Origin: a virus
Taxonomy: Duplodnaviria; Caudoviricetes
Strand: one strand, 5' to 3'
IMG/VR virus record: IMGVR_UViG_3300028833_000053
DNA length: 64,000 bases
Part shown: positions 31,391-44,500 of the stretch, piece by piece
Numbering within the stretch: the stretch's first letter is position 1
How the letters are laid out: each line of letters starts with the position of its first letter
Made by a program: the position numbers and the translations under genes
The notes under the pieces: model-generated
Told to the model about the DNA's origin: nothing
The model's database searches: none
The model's input: the letters and a program-made list of their open reading frames with translations, nothing else

Positions 31391-31882
31391 ATGAAGAAAC
31401 TGAATATCACGAAGGAGCGTTTCGAGAAGTCGCGCTATTTTTAGAGGAAGTATGGGAATCTTGAATATGTTTCCGAAAGTGGAAAGCTGTTCAAGACAAA
31501 CAAGGGCAAGGTCTTGAAGTTCAATGAGGCCGTCCATCCACATGAGACCGACGTTGATGTTCCTGTGACAGACCAGGAGAAAACTCTGTGTCAGTACATT
31601 GGAGATGAAATTGAAGGGGAATTTAACGATACAACGGGTTTGGAATTGACATGTGGTTGCAACTGGCACAATCCTGGAGAAGAGCAGCATATTGAAATTT
31701 TTGTTGGCATTCCTGAAGAGGATGATTCATCCGATCCAAAATATGACAACATCGAGACGTTCTTGGAGCAGTTTGTCAATGGAATCGGAGACGCCGAGAA
31801 CGAGGGCGAGAAGTGGGGAGATGCCAGTTTCCAGTGGATAAGCGACAATGAACTGTTTGGCGAATTGTGGCCGATTAAGTAA
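31391..31882 (+). CDS. MKKLNIT-leader family protein with acidic cargo domain (TAG=Gln at codon 18)
   Basis: MKKLNITKERFEKSRYF(Q)RKYGNLEYVSESGKLFKTNKGKVLKFNEA...; GTAAATA at 31347-31353. Confidence 0.85.
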
Positions 31883-31890
31883 GGTGAGGA

Positions 31891-32661
31891 ATGAGCATGA
31901 AAACCATAAAGGAATCATATGAGGTTTCGGATGATCTCGCCAAGAGATTGAATTCAATCCTTGCCGACGAGTTCCTGGCTGCGGAAGCCTATCGTCTTGC
32001 GATAGTTGCCATGAAGGGCAACAAGCAGCACAGGCTTGAGGAGATTGCCGAGAAGAACGGAGAGGACGAGCTTGAAGACCATTTCAAGAACCTCTCCGAC
32101 TGGATGCAGTCCAAGAACATCAAGGTTGTGACAGACACCGATGAAATGAAAGAAATTACCAATGGCACCGTCTTGAAGTTCACCGATGGAATGTCCACCA
32201 CCGAGATTGTGGACAAGTTGATTCTTTCCGAGGAAGAGGCTATTGCAGTCTACGAGGACACCATACCCCACACGGAACTTGACTTGAACACGATGCTTTG
32301 CGGATTCTTGAAGGACGAGCGAGAGCATCTCAAGGAACTTGTTGATTGCCGCGATGAAATGGGCGGTGGCGACAAGAGTGAAGAGCCAAAGCACAAGATT
32401 TACGAGGACAGGGAAATGAGAAGACACAAAGTTGTTCCAAACTACGAGGTGTACAAGGCTATTGACATCGAGTGGGATGTTGACGATGAAGCGGATTTGG
32501 CCGATCTTCCAAACGAAATCGAGGTTGAAGTTCCAAGGGATATCATAAGGGATGGCGAGGACGCAGTTGAGGAATATGTTTCCGACGCTATCACCGATGA
32601 AACGGGATTCTGCCACAATGGTTTCTACTTGAAGCAGTTTTCCAAACCAGTGAGAAGGTGA
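31891..32661 (+). CDS. Ferritin-like four-helix-bundle protein with extra acidic C-terminal domain
   Basis: LADEFLAAEAY, EDELEDH, EEEAIAVY, DEREH di-iron-type pattern. Confidence 0.75.
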   Translation: MSMKTIKESYEVSDDLAKRLNSILADEFLAAEAYRLAIVAMKGNKQHRLEEIAEKNGEDELEDHFKNLSDWMQSKNIKVVTDTDEMKEITNGTVLKFTDGMSTTEIVDKLILSEEEAIAVYEDTIPHTELDLNTMLCGFLKDEREHLKELVDCRDEMGGGDKSEEPKHKIYEDREMRRHKVVPNYEVYKAIDIEWDVDDEADLADLPNEIEVEVPRDIIRDGEDAVEEYVSDAITDETGFCHNGFYLKQFSKPVRR

Positions 32662-32662
32662 T

Positions 32663-33004
32663 ATGATTGGATTCGTCAAGATTGCGTTTGCGTCAATGTG
32701 CTTGCTCCTTGCATCGGGGTGCATGAACATCTATACAAGGTGGCCGACAACACCAAGGTAGATTGAATCAGTTTACTAGTCAACTGGGGAAATGGCTGGA
32801 ATCACGTTGATTGCGTCATTCCCATAGATGATGTCAGACAATGGTTCTCCGGATGGTTTCATCCCCGAGAACCTTATTTCAATCCCATTCCTGGGATTGC
32901 CATGTTTGATTGACACTGTTCTTGAAGTCGCGGTTGACACAGTGTGCTTGCCCTATGACTGGCCCGTTTCACATTATAGGAATCGGAAGCGCGAGGGATT
33001 TTGA
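32663..33004 (+). CDS. YceK/YidQ-like lipoprotein (absent from ORF track; three TAG=Gln)
   Basis: Signal peptide with lipobox LASG-C; C-terminal LIDTVLEVAVDTVCLPYD; TAG at 32759, 32777 and 32825. Confidence 0.75.
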
Positions 33005-33105
33005 AAGCAATTTTGTAAATAATATTTGAATTGAACATATTCAATGACTAGTCACAGAGGATTGTTCAAGGACGTTAACAAACAACTCTATAGAGGAATA
33101 CTGAA

Positions 33106-33840
33106 ATGAAGAAACTGAACATTACGAAGAAGCAGTACGATGAGAGCAAGTATTTCAACAACAAGTACGGTGCGCTCAAGTTTGTTTCTGAGAGCGGCAA
33201 GCTCTACAAGACCGACAAGGGCGTTGTTCTCGCTCTTGAGGGAACCGAAGAGGAAGTCCCCCCAAAGGAGGTCACCGAGGACGAGGACGAGCCTGGAAAA
33301 GGTGAGGGCGAAGAGGAAGTCACGGTCAAGAAGGAAGACCTGGCTAATGCTCTTCAGGGCGTGATTGATACCGTCAAGGACATCGCCGCCGAAAACGACG
33401 TTGAACTTCCCGAAGAGGAGCAGGACGACGGCGAAGGAGAGGGCGAGGATGACGATGATGAGATCGACCTTGAGTTCGATGAGGGCAACGAGGAAGTCTG
33501 CCCAACCTGCGGTGCTGCCATGAAGAAAGAATGCGGTGGTGTCAAGGAGTGCTCTGGTGCCGGTTGCGTCAAGAAGGAGTGTGGCAAGCCTGGTTTGAAG
33601 GCCGAGTCCGCCCGTATGCGCCGTGCAAAGATGGTGCGTGAGTCCCTGCTCCGCCGTGCCCGTGCGAAGAAGATTCGCGAGTCCATTGAGCGTCGTCGCC
33701 GTGCAAGGAAGGTTCTTGAGTCCATCCGCCGCCGTCGTGCAGCGAAGAAGGTTCTTGAGTCCGCCCGCAAGCGCCGTATTGCCAAGAAGGTGATGGAGTC
33801 ACGCAAGCTTCGCGCCCGCCGCGCCGGCCTGAGAAAGTAA
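33106..33840 (+). CDS. MKKLNIT-leader family protein with acidic middle and Arg-rich repeats (probable head core protein)
   Basis: Leader, D/E tract, KKECG repeats, then ES..RRR.A.K[VI].ES repeats; capsid-like codon bias; GTAAATA at 33015-33021. Confidence 0.85.
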   Translation: MKKLNITKKQYDESKYFNNKYGALKFVSESGKLYKTDKGVVLALEGTEEEVPPKEVTEDEDEPGKGEGEEEVTVKKEDLANALQGVIDTVKDIAAENDVELPEEEQDDGEGEGEDDDDEIDLEFDEGNEEVCPTCGAAMKKECGGVKECSGAGCVKKECGKPGLKAESARMRRAKMVRESLLRRARAKKIRESIERRRRARKVLESIRRRRAAKKVLESARKRRIAKKVMESRKLRARRAGLRK

Positions 33841-33866
33841 GTTCAACCCAAATTGAACCGAAAAAT

Positions 33867-33900
33867 AAATGAGGATGCCCTTTACGGACGTCCTCATTTG
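33867..33900 (+). terminator. Probable intrinsic terminator
   Basis: AAATGAGGATG...CGTCCTCATTT stem. Confidence 0.65.
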
Positions 33901-33916
33901 CTTTATAATTAACTGT

Positions 33917-34426
33917 ATGGATTATGACGCAGAAACCCAGTTCTTGAAAGACCACAAGTCCTTGATACTTGATGGCATTGAATACATTGACAACAGTGTG
34001 TTCCGACCCAACTTCCTCACGGCAATGGAGGAAATGAAGTGGAAGTGCGTCATCGTTCCAGATAATGAATGGACACCCAGCAAGTGGTTTCCAACGGAGA
34101 CCGACAACTATCGCCGCGAGACAAGGGTGTTGAATTCATATATCGCCAAGAACCCTTCTTTGTTTGGCTACACGGACAAATATGGGTGGGCGTACCATGA
34201 ACTTGTGCATGTTGCCATCTACACTGGACGTATGCCCGAAAGGTACATGAACTTGGAATCTCCGTTTGAATATCCCTTGAACCGTGATGAAATCTATTGC
34301 TATGGCTATCAGATGAAGCACTTGATTGAATTCAAGAAAAACGGAAACTTGATGAGGTTCGCCCTTGGGAAGATTCCCGGACTCAAACCCAAACTTTGCG
34401 TGTTGGCAAATGCTTTATTCAAATAA
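33917..34426 (+). CDS. HExxH-motif putative metallopeptidase
   Basis: YHELVH with a downstream DE..Y; start at ATG 33917, 7 nt after TATAAT. Confidence 0.6.
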   Translation: MDYDAETQFLKDHKSLILDGIEYIDNSVFRPNFLTAMEEMKWKCVIVPDNEWTPSKWFPTETDNYRRETRVLNSYIAKNPSLFGYTDKYGWAYHELVHVAIYTGRMPERYMNLESPFEYPLNRDEIYCYGYQMKHLIEFKKNGNLMRFALGKIPGLKPKLCVLANALFK

Positions 34427-34442
34427 ACAGAAAGAGGAATAA

Positions 34443-35525
34443 ATGATTAGTTCATCAGAATTCGTATCACAAGGACATCCCGACAGGACGTGCGACAGCG
34501 TTGCGTCCTATATCTTGGATGAGTATTTGAGGCATGACCCCAAGACAAGGTTTGCACTTGAAATCCAGATGAAAGACCAGGTGTGCAACTTGGCTGGCGA
34601 GGTTACGTCCAAGTGGCTTCCCGGAAGACTTGAGATTGAGGATATGGTCAGGTGCGCAATCCGCAAGGTTGGCTATACTTCTGAGTATGCGTCAAATTGG
34701 CCCGATGGAGCAACGCTGAACGCAGACAAGGTTGTTGTGAACAACTTCATCGGACAGCAATCTCCCAACATTGCACAGGGCGTTGACCGAGAGGGCTGGG
34801 GCGACCAGGGTTGCTTCATGGGCATGGCCACCAACGAGAAGAAGTTTTTCTGTATGCCAATGGACAAGTACCTTGCCAACAGGATTGGCAAGCATCTTTA
34901 CACCGTTGCGAAATCAGGACTTATGTACATTGGTCTTGACATCAAGGTTCTTGTCTCCATCAAGAATGAAAACGAGGTTGAGCAGGTCATTGTGGCTGCT
35001 CCCATGCTTCCAGAGCATGAAACGGATATGGTGAAGTACATCAAAAACGTTGTCAACAACATTCTTTCGGAGTGTGGCTTGACATGTGATGAAATCATTG
35101 TCAATGGAACTGGCTCTTACGTCATCCATTCCACGGTTGGTGACGCTGGCGTTGTTGGAAGGAAACTGGCAGTTGACTTCTATGGTCTGAATTGCCCTAT
35201 CGGTGGCGGTACTACATGGGGCAAGGACGGTACCAAGGCGGACGTCACGTTGAATCTCGCCGCCAGGTACTACGCCCTGCAGGAGATTTTGAGGAATCCC
35301 GACAACAAGGCAATCTACACCAAGCTTGCCTGCTGCATTGGACAGAGCAAGTGCCTTGTTTCGTTCTTCAACGAAAACCACGAAGTTTACAAGGAGGAGC
35401 AGAAGGACATTCTCCCGTCCGAGATTACTCGCAAGTTTGGACTTGATGGCTCCGTTCCAGGAATGTATTGGTCTCTCTGCCAAAACGGATTGTTCCACTA
35501 CGTTGACGAACTTGCTTTGAAGTGA
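34443..35525 (+). CDS. metK: S-adenosylmethionine synthetase
   Basis: SEFVSQGHPD, QQSPNIAQGV, GWGDQG, GDAGVVGRKL.VD.YG, GGG...GKD.TKAD. Confidence 0.95.
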   Translation: MISSSEFVSQGHPDRTCDSVASYILDEYLRHDPKTRFALEIQMKDQVCNLAGEVTSKWLPGRLEIEDMVRCAIRKVGYTSEYASNWPDGATLNADKVVVNNFIGQQSPNIAQGVDREGWGDQGCFMGMATNEKKFFCMPMDKYLANRIGKHLYTVAKSGLMYIGLDIKVLVSIKNENEVEQVIVAAPMLPEHETDMVKYIKNVVNNILSECGLTCDEIIVNGTGSYVIHSTVGDAGVVGRKLAVDFYGLNCPIGGGTTWGKDGTKADVTLNLAARYYALQEILRNPDNKAIYTKLACCIGQSKCLVSFFNENHEVYKEEQKDILPSEITRKFGLDGSVPGMYWSLCQNGLFHYVDELALK

Positions 35526-35546
35526 TAAATGGTAAATACCATTATC

Positions 35547-38500
35547 ATGAATAGCGCATTGACAAGACCATAGTCCCTACAGGAACTCTACAAGACATAC
35601 TTTTCGTTTGCCAACCGGTTCCAATTCACTTCTTTGCTGAGAAACTACATTCAGAACGAGGAATGGAAGGACCGTTCATAGGAGCCTGTATGGGAGGTCT
35701 TGTCGAAAATTTCTGACGACATTGGTGCCGTGTTGACGGATGACATCGTGAACTACACGCGAAACGTTGTTGATGTCAATACCTGCAAGGTTCCGGAACT
35801 CATTGAACATGCGCAAATGCTTTCCTACAGGCTTGACCACCTGAGGAATTCCTATGAGTTCTTTCCGAAGCGCATACAATGCCTTGTGGATATTTTTTCC
35901 GTGAATCCGGAGTATTTGTTGGGTAATCATCAGAACCACGTTCTTTCCGATACCGTCATAAAGGAAATACTGATTTACATTAGGGAGAACGTCAAGGACA
36001 GAAAGCCGTTCATCAACGACGATGCCATTGACAAGTTGCTGGATGACCCTCATAGTTTGACGGATTCGCAAACCTATTACAATTTCGTGTAGAACTTGTT
36101 TTACGTTTCCTTGGTGGAGGCGTTGTCCGCGCCATATTCTTTGGAAGATGCCCAACCAATTGTGTTCAATCTTCTTTTCAAGGAACGCCAGAACCAACAG
36201 AACGTGCTTTCGCGCATAGAGGAATACAAGTCTTGGATTGACAGATACATTTGGAACGAGATTGAATATCCCTTGAACGACTCGGGCTTGGCGAACACGA
36301 TTTACGGCAACGTTGAAACCATAAAGAATCAGAAGCAGATTTCAGTCAAGTTCAATCCATTCAAGATTGCAGACCACATCTACTTCAACGGATTGAATCC
36401 AAACAACGGGCTTTCGGACGATGAAATGTACTTGGTTGAAATGGTTCTTGACTACCACGCCAAGACGAAGTACGATTACGAAGCGGAACAGTTCGTGGAT
36501 GACCTTTCCACGCAATATGCCTATTACAAGGAGTTGGAGTTCTGTGAATACGTGAAGTTGGTGATGTTCATAGTGAACAACCTCAATCAATTCCATTTGT
36601 CCGGGTTGACATATGACATTTCCAGCAACAAGTTCATGAGCGAAAGCCGCGACGATGCCAATTGCATGAGAGTGGTGAACATCTTCAATGAGGATGGGAA
36701 CATCGTTGAATATCATGGTGGAAGAGTTGCGTTGAACCATGATATTTTGCTGAAAGTGGCGAAGTTTCTAACTGAATACGTGTTTCACATTCAGGGAATA
36801 CGCGAGAACATGAAAACCATTGCGCATAAACACGCGATGAGGGGTTCCGCGGCTTTGCTTGTGCATATTGTGAACGACTATCTCGTGAAGGAGCTGCCGT
36901 TCGTCCGTGACATGATGTATGAAGGGGAAGAGGACACCCCAATGAAGTTCCTTTGGGAGACCGACTCCCAGTTCCGAAACTATGGCAACGTCAAGGTTCT
37001 CGAATACGAGGACGACAACGAGTATTTCAACATCGACCCAGAGAAGGATGTGTTGTTCACGGAAAGAACCAATGACCGCTATTGGGAGCAGCTTGAGAAC
37101 ATGGGGTATGACGATACCTTGGGCGTTCTCACGAAGGGGCAGATAAAGGACTTCTACAGAAACGTTCTTGGAATGGGAAGGTTGCAGCCCTCGAAGTCCA
37201 TGCACTATGACGATGTTGCCGATTTCCTTGTTGACCTTTTCAAGATTGGCGCGAACCCTATTGAATGGGACAAGGGCGAGGAAGAATTCTACAATCCCAT
37301 TGACGACATAGAAAACAAGTCCGAAGAGGACTATGGCTACACCAAGGAAGAGCGTTTGGAGGTTCAGAGGAACACGGAATTGCGCAAGAACCAAGAAAAG
37401 CAATTCAAGGAATACAGTGGAAACGATGACTTGGTTGGGGACAGCATATACGATCTCTTCAACAGCAAGTTGTTCTATTGGAAGAACACGGACTATTCCT
37501 CACACGCGCTTCATCCGTTCATGTACAACTTGAAGTTGTGGAACAAGTTGAACAACATCATCATCAACGGTTACCGCGACTACATTGACAACGACCTCAT
37601 AGACTACTTGTCATCAAAGACGAAGTTTGACGAGATTTTCGGAAAGTTCGGAGAGGGAAGGAAGTTCTGGAAGTACAACGTGGTGGATTTGAGCGGCTAC
37701 ACCACACGTTATGAGGCGGCGGTCAAGGATGAACGCCTTGAAGACGACAAGAACAGCATCAGTGAACTTACTGGATATGATGGTTTGTTCTATCCAGAGG
37801 CGGCTCGGGCTTTCTTGAATTTGTATAATGCACCCAACCAGGACTTTACTCTTACAAATGAGTTCTTCAAGGAAAGTGGAAACAAATTCTATAAGGGCAA
37901 GAATGAATTTGTCGCCGCCATATATTCCATATACTGGCAAGATTAGACAACCGAGTTGTACCAAAAGGATTCGGCTACCGGGATTGAGACAAGCACAAGA
38001 GATGACTCGTTCTACACAAGATGGTATTCACACCTGAACTACACAAGGAGCGAGTACCAGAAGATAGCCCTTCAACTTTGGTATTGGCGCGACAGAATAT
38101 GGGAGTTGATTTCCATTGAATACCCAATGACCAGGTATTGCCTTGACGTTCAGGGAAATTCCTTGATATTGGTTTCCACGTTCCAGGATGGGGATGACGA
38201 AAAGAATCCCTATCTTGTTGACCTTGCCATTGCATAGGAAGATGTTGAACAGAACAGAAACAGAAACAAGAACACAAGTGTTTCGTTTTGCGACAACAAG
38301 TTGAAGCGTCCAAGCGAGTTGTGGATACGTTGGAAGTCAAATCCAATTGCCTTGCCTGCGTTTGATGCGTTGTACGACCACAAGACGGGGGATTATTGGT
38401 TTGACTTTTACCACCGCACCGATGGCAACACCGAAATGGGTCAGCTTACCCACACCAACAGCGATTGCAACGACAATTTCAAGGTTGTTCTGTTGAAGTG

Positions 38501-41500
38501 GATTGCAAAGTACGAAAAGACGATAAAGTGGACGTATTAGGAACCCGGTTCGGATTCCGAAGCCCGTGTTTTGAGTGGAAACAGGCTTCCGGTGTTCTTT
38601 GACATGGAACAGTCGGCCAACGTCCTGGCTCTTGCTTCTTGGTATATGATACCATATATTGACACGGATGGCATAGTCCATGTTGACTCCAATGGCGAGC
38701 AGTTGAACGTGGTGTGCTGCTCCAAGAATCCGATGCACATAATCTCCTTGGAGCGCACAAGCATGAATCCATCGGAGTATTGCTTGGGCGAGTATTCCAG
38801 TGAGACCTCTTTGAACAACACGGACGTCTACCTCAATTGGTTGTTTGACTCCTACCAGTATTGTCAAGCCAATGGCGCGTTGATGATTCCCTTGTATTCA
38901 TTTGACTGCACGGATGAAGAGGGAAGCGATTACCACCAATATGCCAATTTGAGGGTGTTCTTGGTTCCCGCCCAGGAGTTGAAGGGCGACACGCACGTTG
39001 TGAACGACAGGTTGGTTCAGTTGAAGGATATGTGCGTTGACTTGAACCAGCAGGTTGATTTCAACGATACGGACAAGAAATACAGGTTCGACTATCCGAT
39101 AAAGGTTTGCCGCAACACGCGCATGGTGTTCTCTGCCTATGACCGAAACGGCTCAAACAGGATGAAATGCGCGTTCCTTGGCGTGTTTGACGCGAATAAG
39201 GAACATTATCTCGGAAACAACTATGCCAACACTTCTTGCAAGGTAAGTTCTTGCATGGCGAAGACGAGGTACGAGTACGATTCACAGTCAACAGTTGACC
39301 TTGGATTGACGAAGGGAAGATACTACCTGGAAAACATTGATTCAGATCCAAGCCAGTATGGGGATGACAAGGATACGTATCTTGACAAGTATGTTGCCAA
39401 GGAGTGCTTCAATTCCTACGATTCCAACGACAAGTACGTGTTTGTGCTGGATTTCGACCCATCCATAGACCACAAGAGCATGTTTGACATTTCCTGGAAA
39501 ACGGGACTTTCAACATACACCTACAACATATTGGGTGACGCCGGCTACATTCCACATTTTGCCTACCAGTCATTGATACGCTACAGGGCCGATGACAAAG
39601 ACGCCGGAGTTGCATATACTTGGAAGAACTCCTACACCGAAAGCAAAGACCACATGCAGTTTGAGTTGTTGGGACTTGACGACAAGGCACTTCCGTTGAC
39701 ATATGAAGCCATAAGCAAACTTGTGGTTGAGGACTTGACAGACGAATGCAGTACCTTGCTTTGCCCGGCAAAGCTCATGGATGACATCTACCGCATTTGG
39801 TGCGAGACAAGGGACGTTAAAACCAGATTGTATTTCCCCCAGTACGGAGAATACCAAAACCATTTCCACAATGAATTTGTGGACTATCCCAACCCGGAAG
39901 TCAGCTTTGGATTTGACTTGAAAGACGAGATTGAGGAAAATGGTGTCAAGGTAAAACCCTGTGGCAAGGGAATTACGGTCATGGAGGTGGTGAATCCACT
40001 TGACGAAAATTACCAATACAAGGACAAGGGTTGGGGCAGCAAAACCAAGGTCATAGATTGGGATGTTTCTGAGACAGTTGGCTTGCGAGACGATAATGGG
40101 AATCCGGTTTTGCAAAAAGACAGCCGTGGAGAACCGTTGATGTTCAACAAGACCACAGGAAAGATAATCCACAAGGCATCCGGCGAAGACCATTATGAGG
40201 ACGACTTTGGCGTTGCAGTCGATCCAACGGAAGTTGAAAACAACTATGAAACGCGCCCTGTTGACATTGGCTTGTTTGAACTTGACCTGCCCCAAAGCGA
40301 ACAGGGGATAGACGAGGATGATACTCTGACTGCCGCGCAAAAGGCGCAAAGAAAGCTTGACGCTTTCAAGAAGTTGCTTGACGAATACTATGTATACGTT
40401 GTGAGGACCGAAAACGGCAACATATTGAACGAGAAGAGGTACATTCTCCCGCCGACAAGGATTTCGGAGTTCATCTTGGGAATGGGCGACCGCGATGGAT
40501 TCATGAAATGCAGTCTCAGTCCATACCAAACGCCAATCATACAAGACGAGCATTTTGTCAATACACAGGTTGTGTTTGCCGGAACGCCCAATCCGTTCTC
40601 ATACGACTTGAATGGAAACAGGATATACTCGAAGCCGGAGGAGTTGCAATATGGAAATTCCTTGGCTGGAGTTGATTCCATAGAGTTGAAGATTGACATA
40701 GTTGGGTTTGTTGACGAAGAGACGTTGAAGTACGACGACACTGGCAATCCAATTATGACAACGGACAAGGAGCCGTATGAACCAGATTGGCCCGTGTACA
40801 TGACTTCCACGCGCAAGTTCCTCAAGCCAACTTTGCGTTTTGTCAAGAACATGCCAAGCGGTGAAAGGTTGATAGACAAGGTTCAATGGAACACGAACTT
40901 GGTTCCGGATGGGGAAGTCACGGTGATGTTCTCCCACAAGAACCTTGACAACTTGGCGAAGTACCACATAATGAACAGACAGTCAAACCTGTACTTTGAT
41001 GGTTCGTTGCCCAAGAATTCCGAACACAAGAACCAATACAAGTTCTCGGACTTCAAGTACAGCGAATCCGTGATGATATACAAGGAGGGTGACAAGTGGA
41101 AGTCGATTGAGACGGATTCCGAGAACAACCCCATATTGGAGTTTGTGATGGATGACGTTGGTTCGGAAGGTGGAAGTACGTCGGATAACCTTCCTCCATA
41201 CTATGTTGAGGTGGAGAAAGAGACTGGGACGGAGAAGTGGTATATTGAACAGGACAGGCTTGTTCCAGATCAAGTGAAGACGAAGCAATTTAACGGTGGA
41301 ACGTATGTTGAAGATACCGAACACTCTGGAAAAGAGAAGTTTGTGGGCGGCGACAAGCACAAGATAGAATCCATTTGCAATCCAGACCTCAATCCAACTG
41401 ACATGATATGCCATGTTGGTAGAATAGGGAACACCATAATATACGATGTTCCAAAGCCCGGTGATGTCAACAACAACCCGTCCGACCAAGGCAATGAAAC

Positions 41501-44500
41501 AAAATGGGAAGGTGGGTTCCGCTGGGCACATAAGGTGAAGTCGGAGCCCGAGAAGTATCTTGACTACTTCTACATTGCGAACGGTGGCTTGGCGTTCAAG
41601 GTCAGCGAAGAGTCATATTCCTTCGCGGAAGCCATGTCAAGGATACCTCCTTTCTACATTGACTTTGTTACAAGAAACAAGCTCCAGGACTTGAACAACA
41701 TCCAGGTGTTGAAGGAATATTCCACGTTCATCCACCAAAGCGAGAATCCCGACAAGGTGAAGGAATGCGGTAACTTCAATCCCCTGATTGTGGATGCCAT
41801 ATTGAGGTATGGCGTTGAGCAGAGGGAATTGAGCAGACTCAAGAGAGACGGCCAGGGGATTCCGATATTGAACGGAAGTGGGGAATACATATACATTGAC
41901 GATGACAACAACATGGTTAAATATGATGCATCGGGGAACGCCATCAACCCATTGTCTGTGAAGGTCATATGCACGGAACCCTATTCAGGAGATTGGGATC
42001 GGCACATACCGACATATATGCCATACACAGGTTTCTCCAGTGTCAAGCCCGGCACTGTGGCGTCTTCCGTCAATCAAAGGCTCATAGAGTTGAACAACAC
42101 GTCTGGAACAAGCACGTTGCTTCTTCAGTTGGATGATGGCGAGATTGACGACTATCTGAGAATATACACCAACTACGTCAGAGTTGACGATGAATATGGT
42201 GATTACCACTACGACCTGTACTTCAACATACAAAATCTCTTCAATTCTCCGTTCGAGTACATTTCCACCGTGACCGGACAACCCAACGTCCTCATATTGA
42301 AGGATTCCTACCTTTATCTCACGGGTGACAAGTTCACGAAAGTCCAGGACGGGGCCACTGGAACATGGCACAACGAGATAGACGATGACAAGGTTGCCGC
42401 GATAAAGGAAGGTGGGGAACTCACGATCTATGGTCAGGTGAAGACATATTCTGGCGAGAAGTTGAGTGATGTCCAAACCATAAAGTTGTTCACTTACAAG
42501 ATTCACAACATATCCGACGACAAGCCGAAGTTCCTCATAGAGAAGACCTATGACATAACGAAGTCCACGTTGCAAGGGAACGTCACGAAGAACATCAACA
42601 TAGAGTTTTCCGACGTTTTGTGGACGTTGGACGAGGTGGATTTTGAAATAAAGGACAACAAGGACAACAAGTTCAAGGAGTTGAAGAATGACGTAACAGT
42701 TGTACAGCCCGTGAAGTTGCGCTACAACTGGGACAGAGAGGACGACTTCAGGATAAAGTCAATTTCCTTTGACCTCGTGAACGATGTCATAGACTTCAAC
42801 TAGGTTCCGAAGTTGTGTGAATATTGGGTTCAGGACAGGACTTTGCGCGACAAGACAAGTGACGGGAAGAACTACCCATACTATGACCATTGGAGCGACA
42901 AGTACATGAAGTTGGAAGTGGATGACATCACCTAGATTCCAAGAATGACCTTGATGTACGATGAACTCAACGGACACAATTTCGAGACAATCTATCTGAG
43001 GTGGAAACTTCCAGCGGGTTGCCGCATAATGGACACGATTGACCGGCTTGGTGGATATGTGTTCAGTTCCACCGCCGCGAACATAATGGCTGATTGCAAC
43101 AGCAGCAGAACAACGCCAAAGTTCAACGTCACCTTGGGTCATGTTGTTGTTCGCGTACATGAACCATAGAAAGACGGGGAACGTGGAAAGATGTATTTGG
43201 GAATGGAGCATTCCTCCACAAGGAGGCAGAATGGCTATGTATTGAAAGGATTGGCCGAAAGCATTGAAGCCGCGTTCAACCTCAATCCAAATACGTATGG
43301 GGCAGCCGCGAATCCGACCTTTGAGGACGCAAGTGGCACATACAAGGACAGGAACAACTAGACGCACAATGTAAGCACAACGCATGTTGCAGTTCCAGAA
43401 ATAGAGATAGAAGATGCGGTTCTCAGTGCCTCGTCAGGGGAATCCAACAAGCAGCACTCGATTATGCTCAACGCGAATGGCGGAACGATTGGTGGAAAGT
43501 CCCGTGTTGTGAAGGTGTTTGCCCATGGTCAGTTGTTTGGAAACTTTGTGCCTGACACTTGGGGCAGGAACATATTTGATGGATGGTACAACACAAAGGG
43601 AGTTCAAATAACTCCCGAAACGCCAATCAACTCCTCCGATACGTTGTATGCACGTTGGAAGATGGCAGAGTGCATAGTGACGTTCAAGATGAACGTAACC
43701 GGTGACATCACAGACAATGGATATATCAATGGGGACAAGGTTGTTGTTACACAGTCCTTTGACAGTGAAACGGGCGAAATGAAGAAGAAGTACCCTCACG
43801 GAACCAAGGTGGGTGAACTTCCAACGTTCTCCGCGTCTGGCGAGTGGAGTGCCTGCACACCAAATGGCTGGTGGACCGACAGCATCAATGGAGACCAAGT
43901 TGGGTCAGACAAGAGCATTGAGGACGATGTAACGTTCTATGCGCACTTGACTGGGAAGACCACCATCAAGCGCGTGAACAACAGTACTGGAAATAGATAG
44001 GACGTGACAATTGTGCGCGATGGCCGTGAACATTTGATAGCCTCGAACTTTGCACCAAACGTCTATTTGATGTCAACGGACAAACTTGACTTTGCAAAGG
44101 ACTTTGAACTTGTTGTTTGCGGTGTAACGGGTGGAAATATAACCAACAACCAAGAAATCTTTGGTATGACTGACGGCACGGCGCACGGTGGCGTTCCTCC
44201 GTATACGCATTCCGAACTTGAACTTGGCGCATATCAAAACAAGGCTATGTTTGAATTTACGCCTGGTAGAGTTGACACCTATGACGCAATAACGGCAAAT
44301 ACGTTGTATTATTACAAGGTAATCAAGAATGGTGCAAAGCTCTATGGATATCTCAGTAAAGATGGCGTGAATTGGGACTTCCAGAGAGAAGGAACGCCCA
44401 AGACAGTAAATTCCTGGTTTGTTCTTGGTTTTGATTATGATGTCACTTCTGAACAGGAGGACAGTGAATATTGGCGTGGCACGATAGACTTGACGGAATC

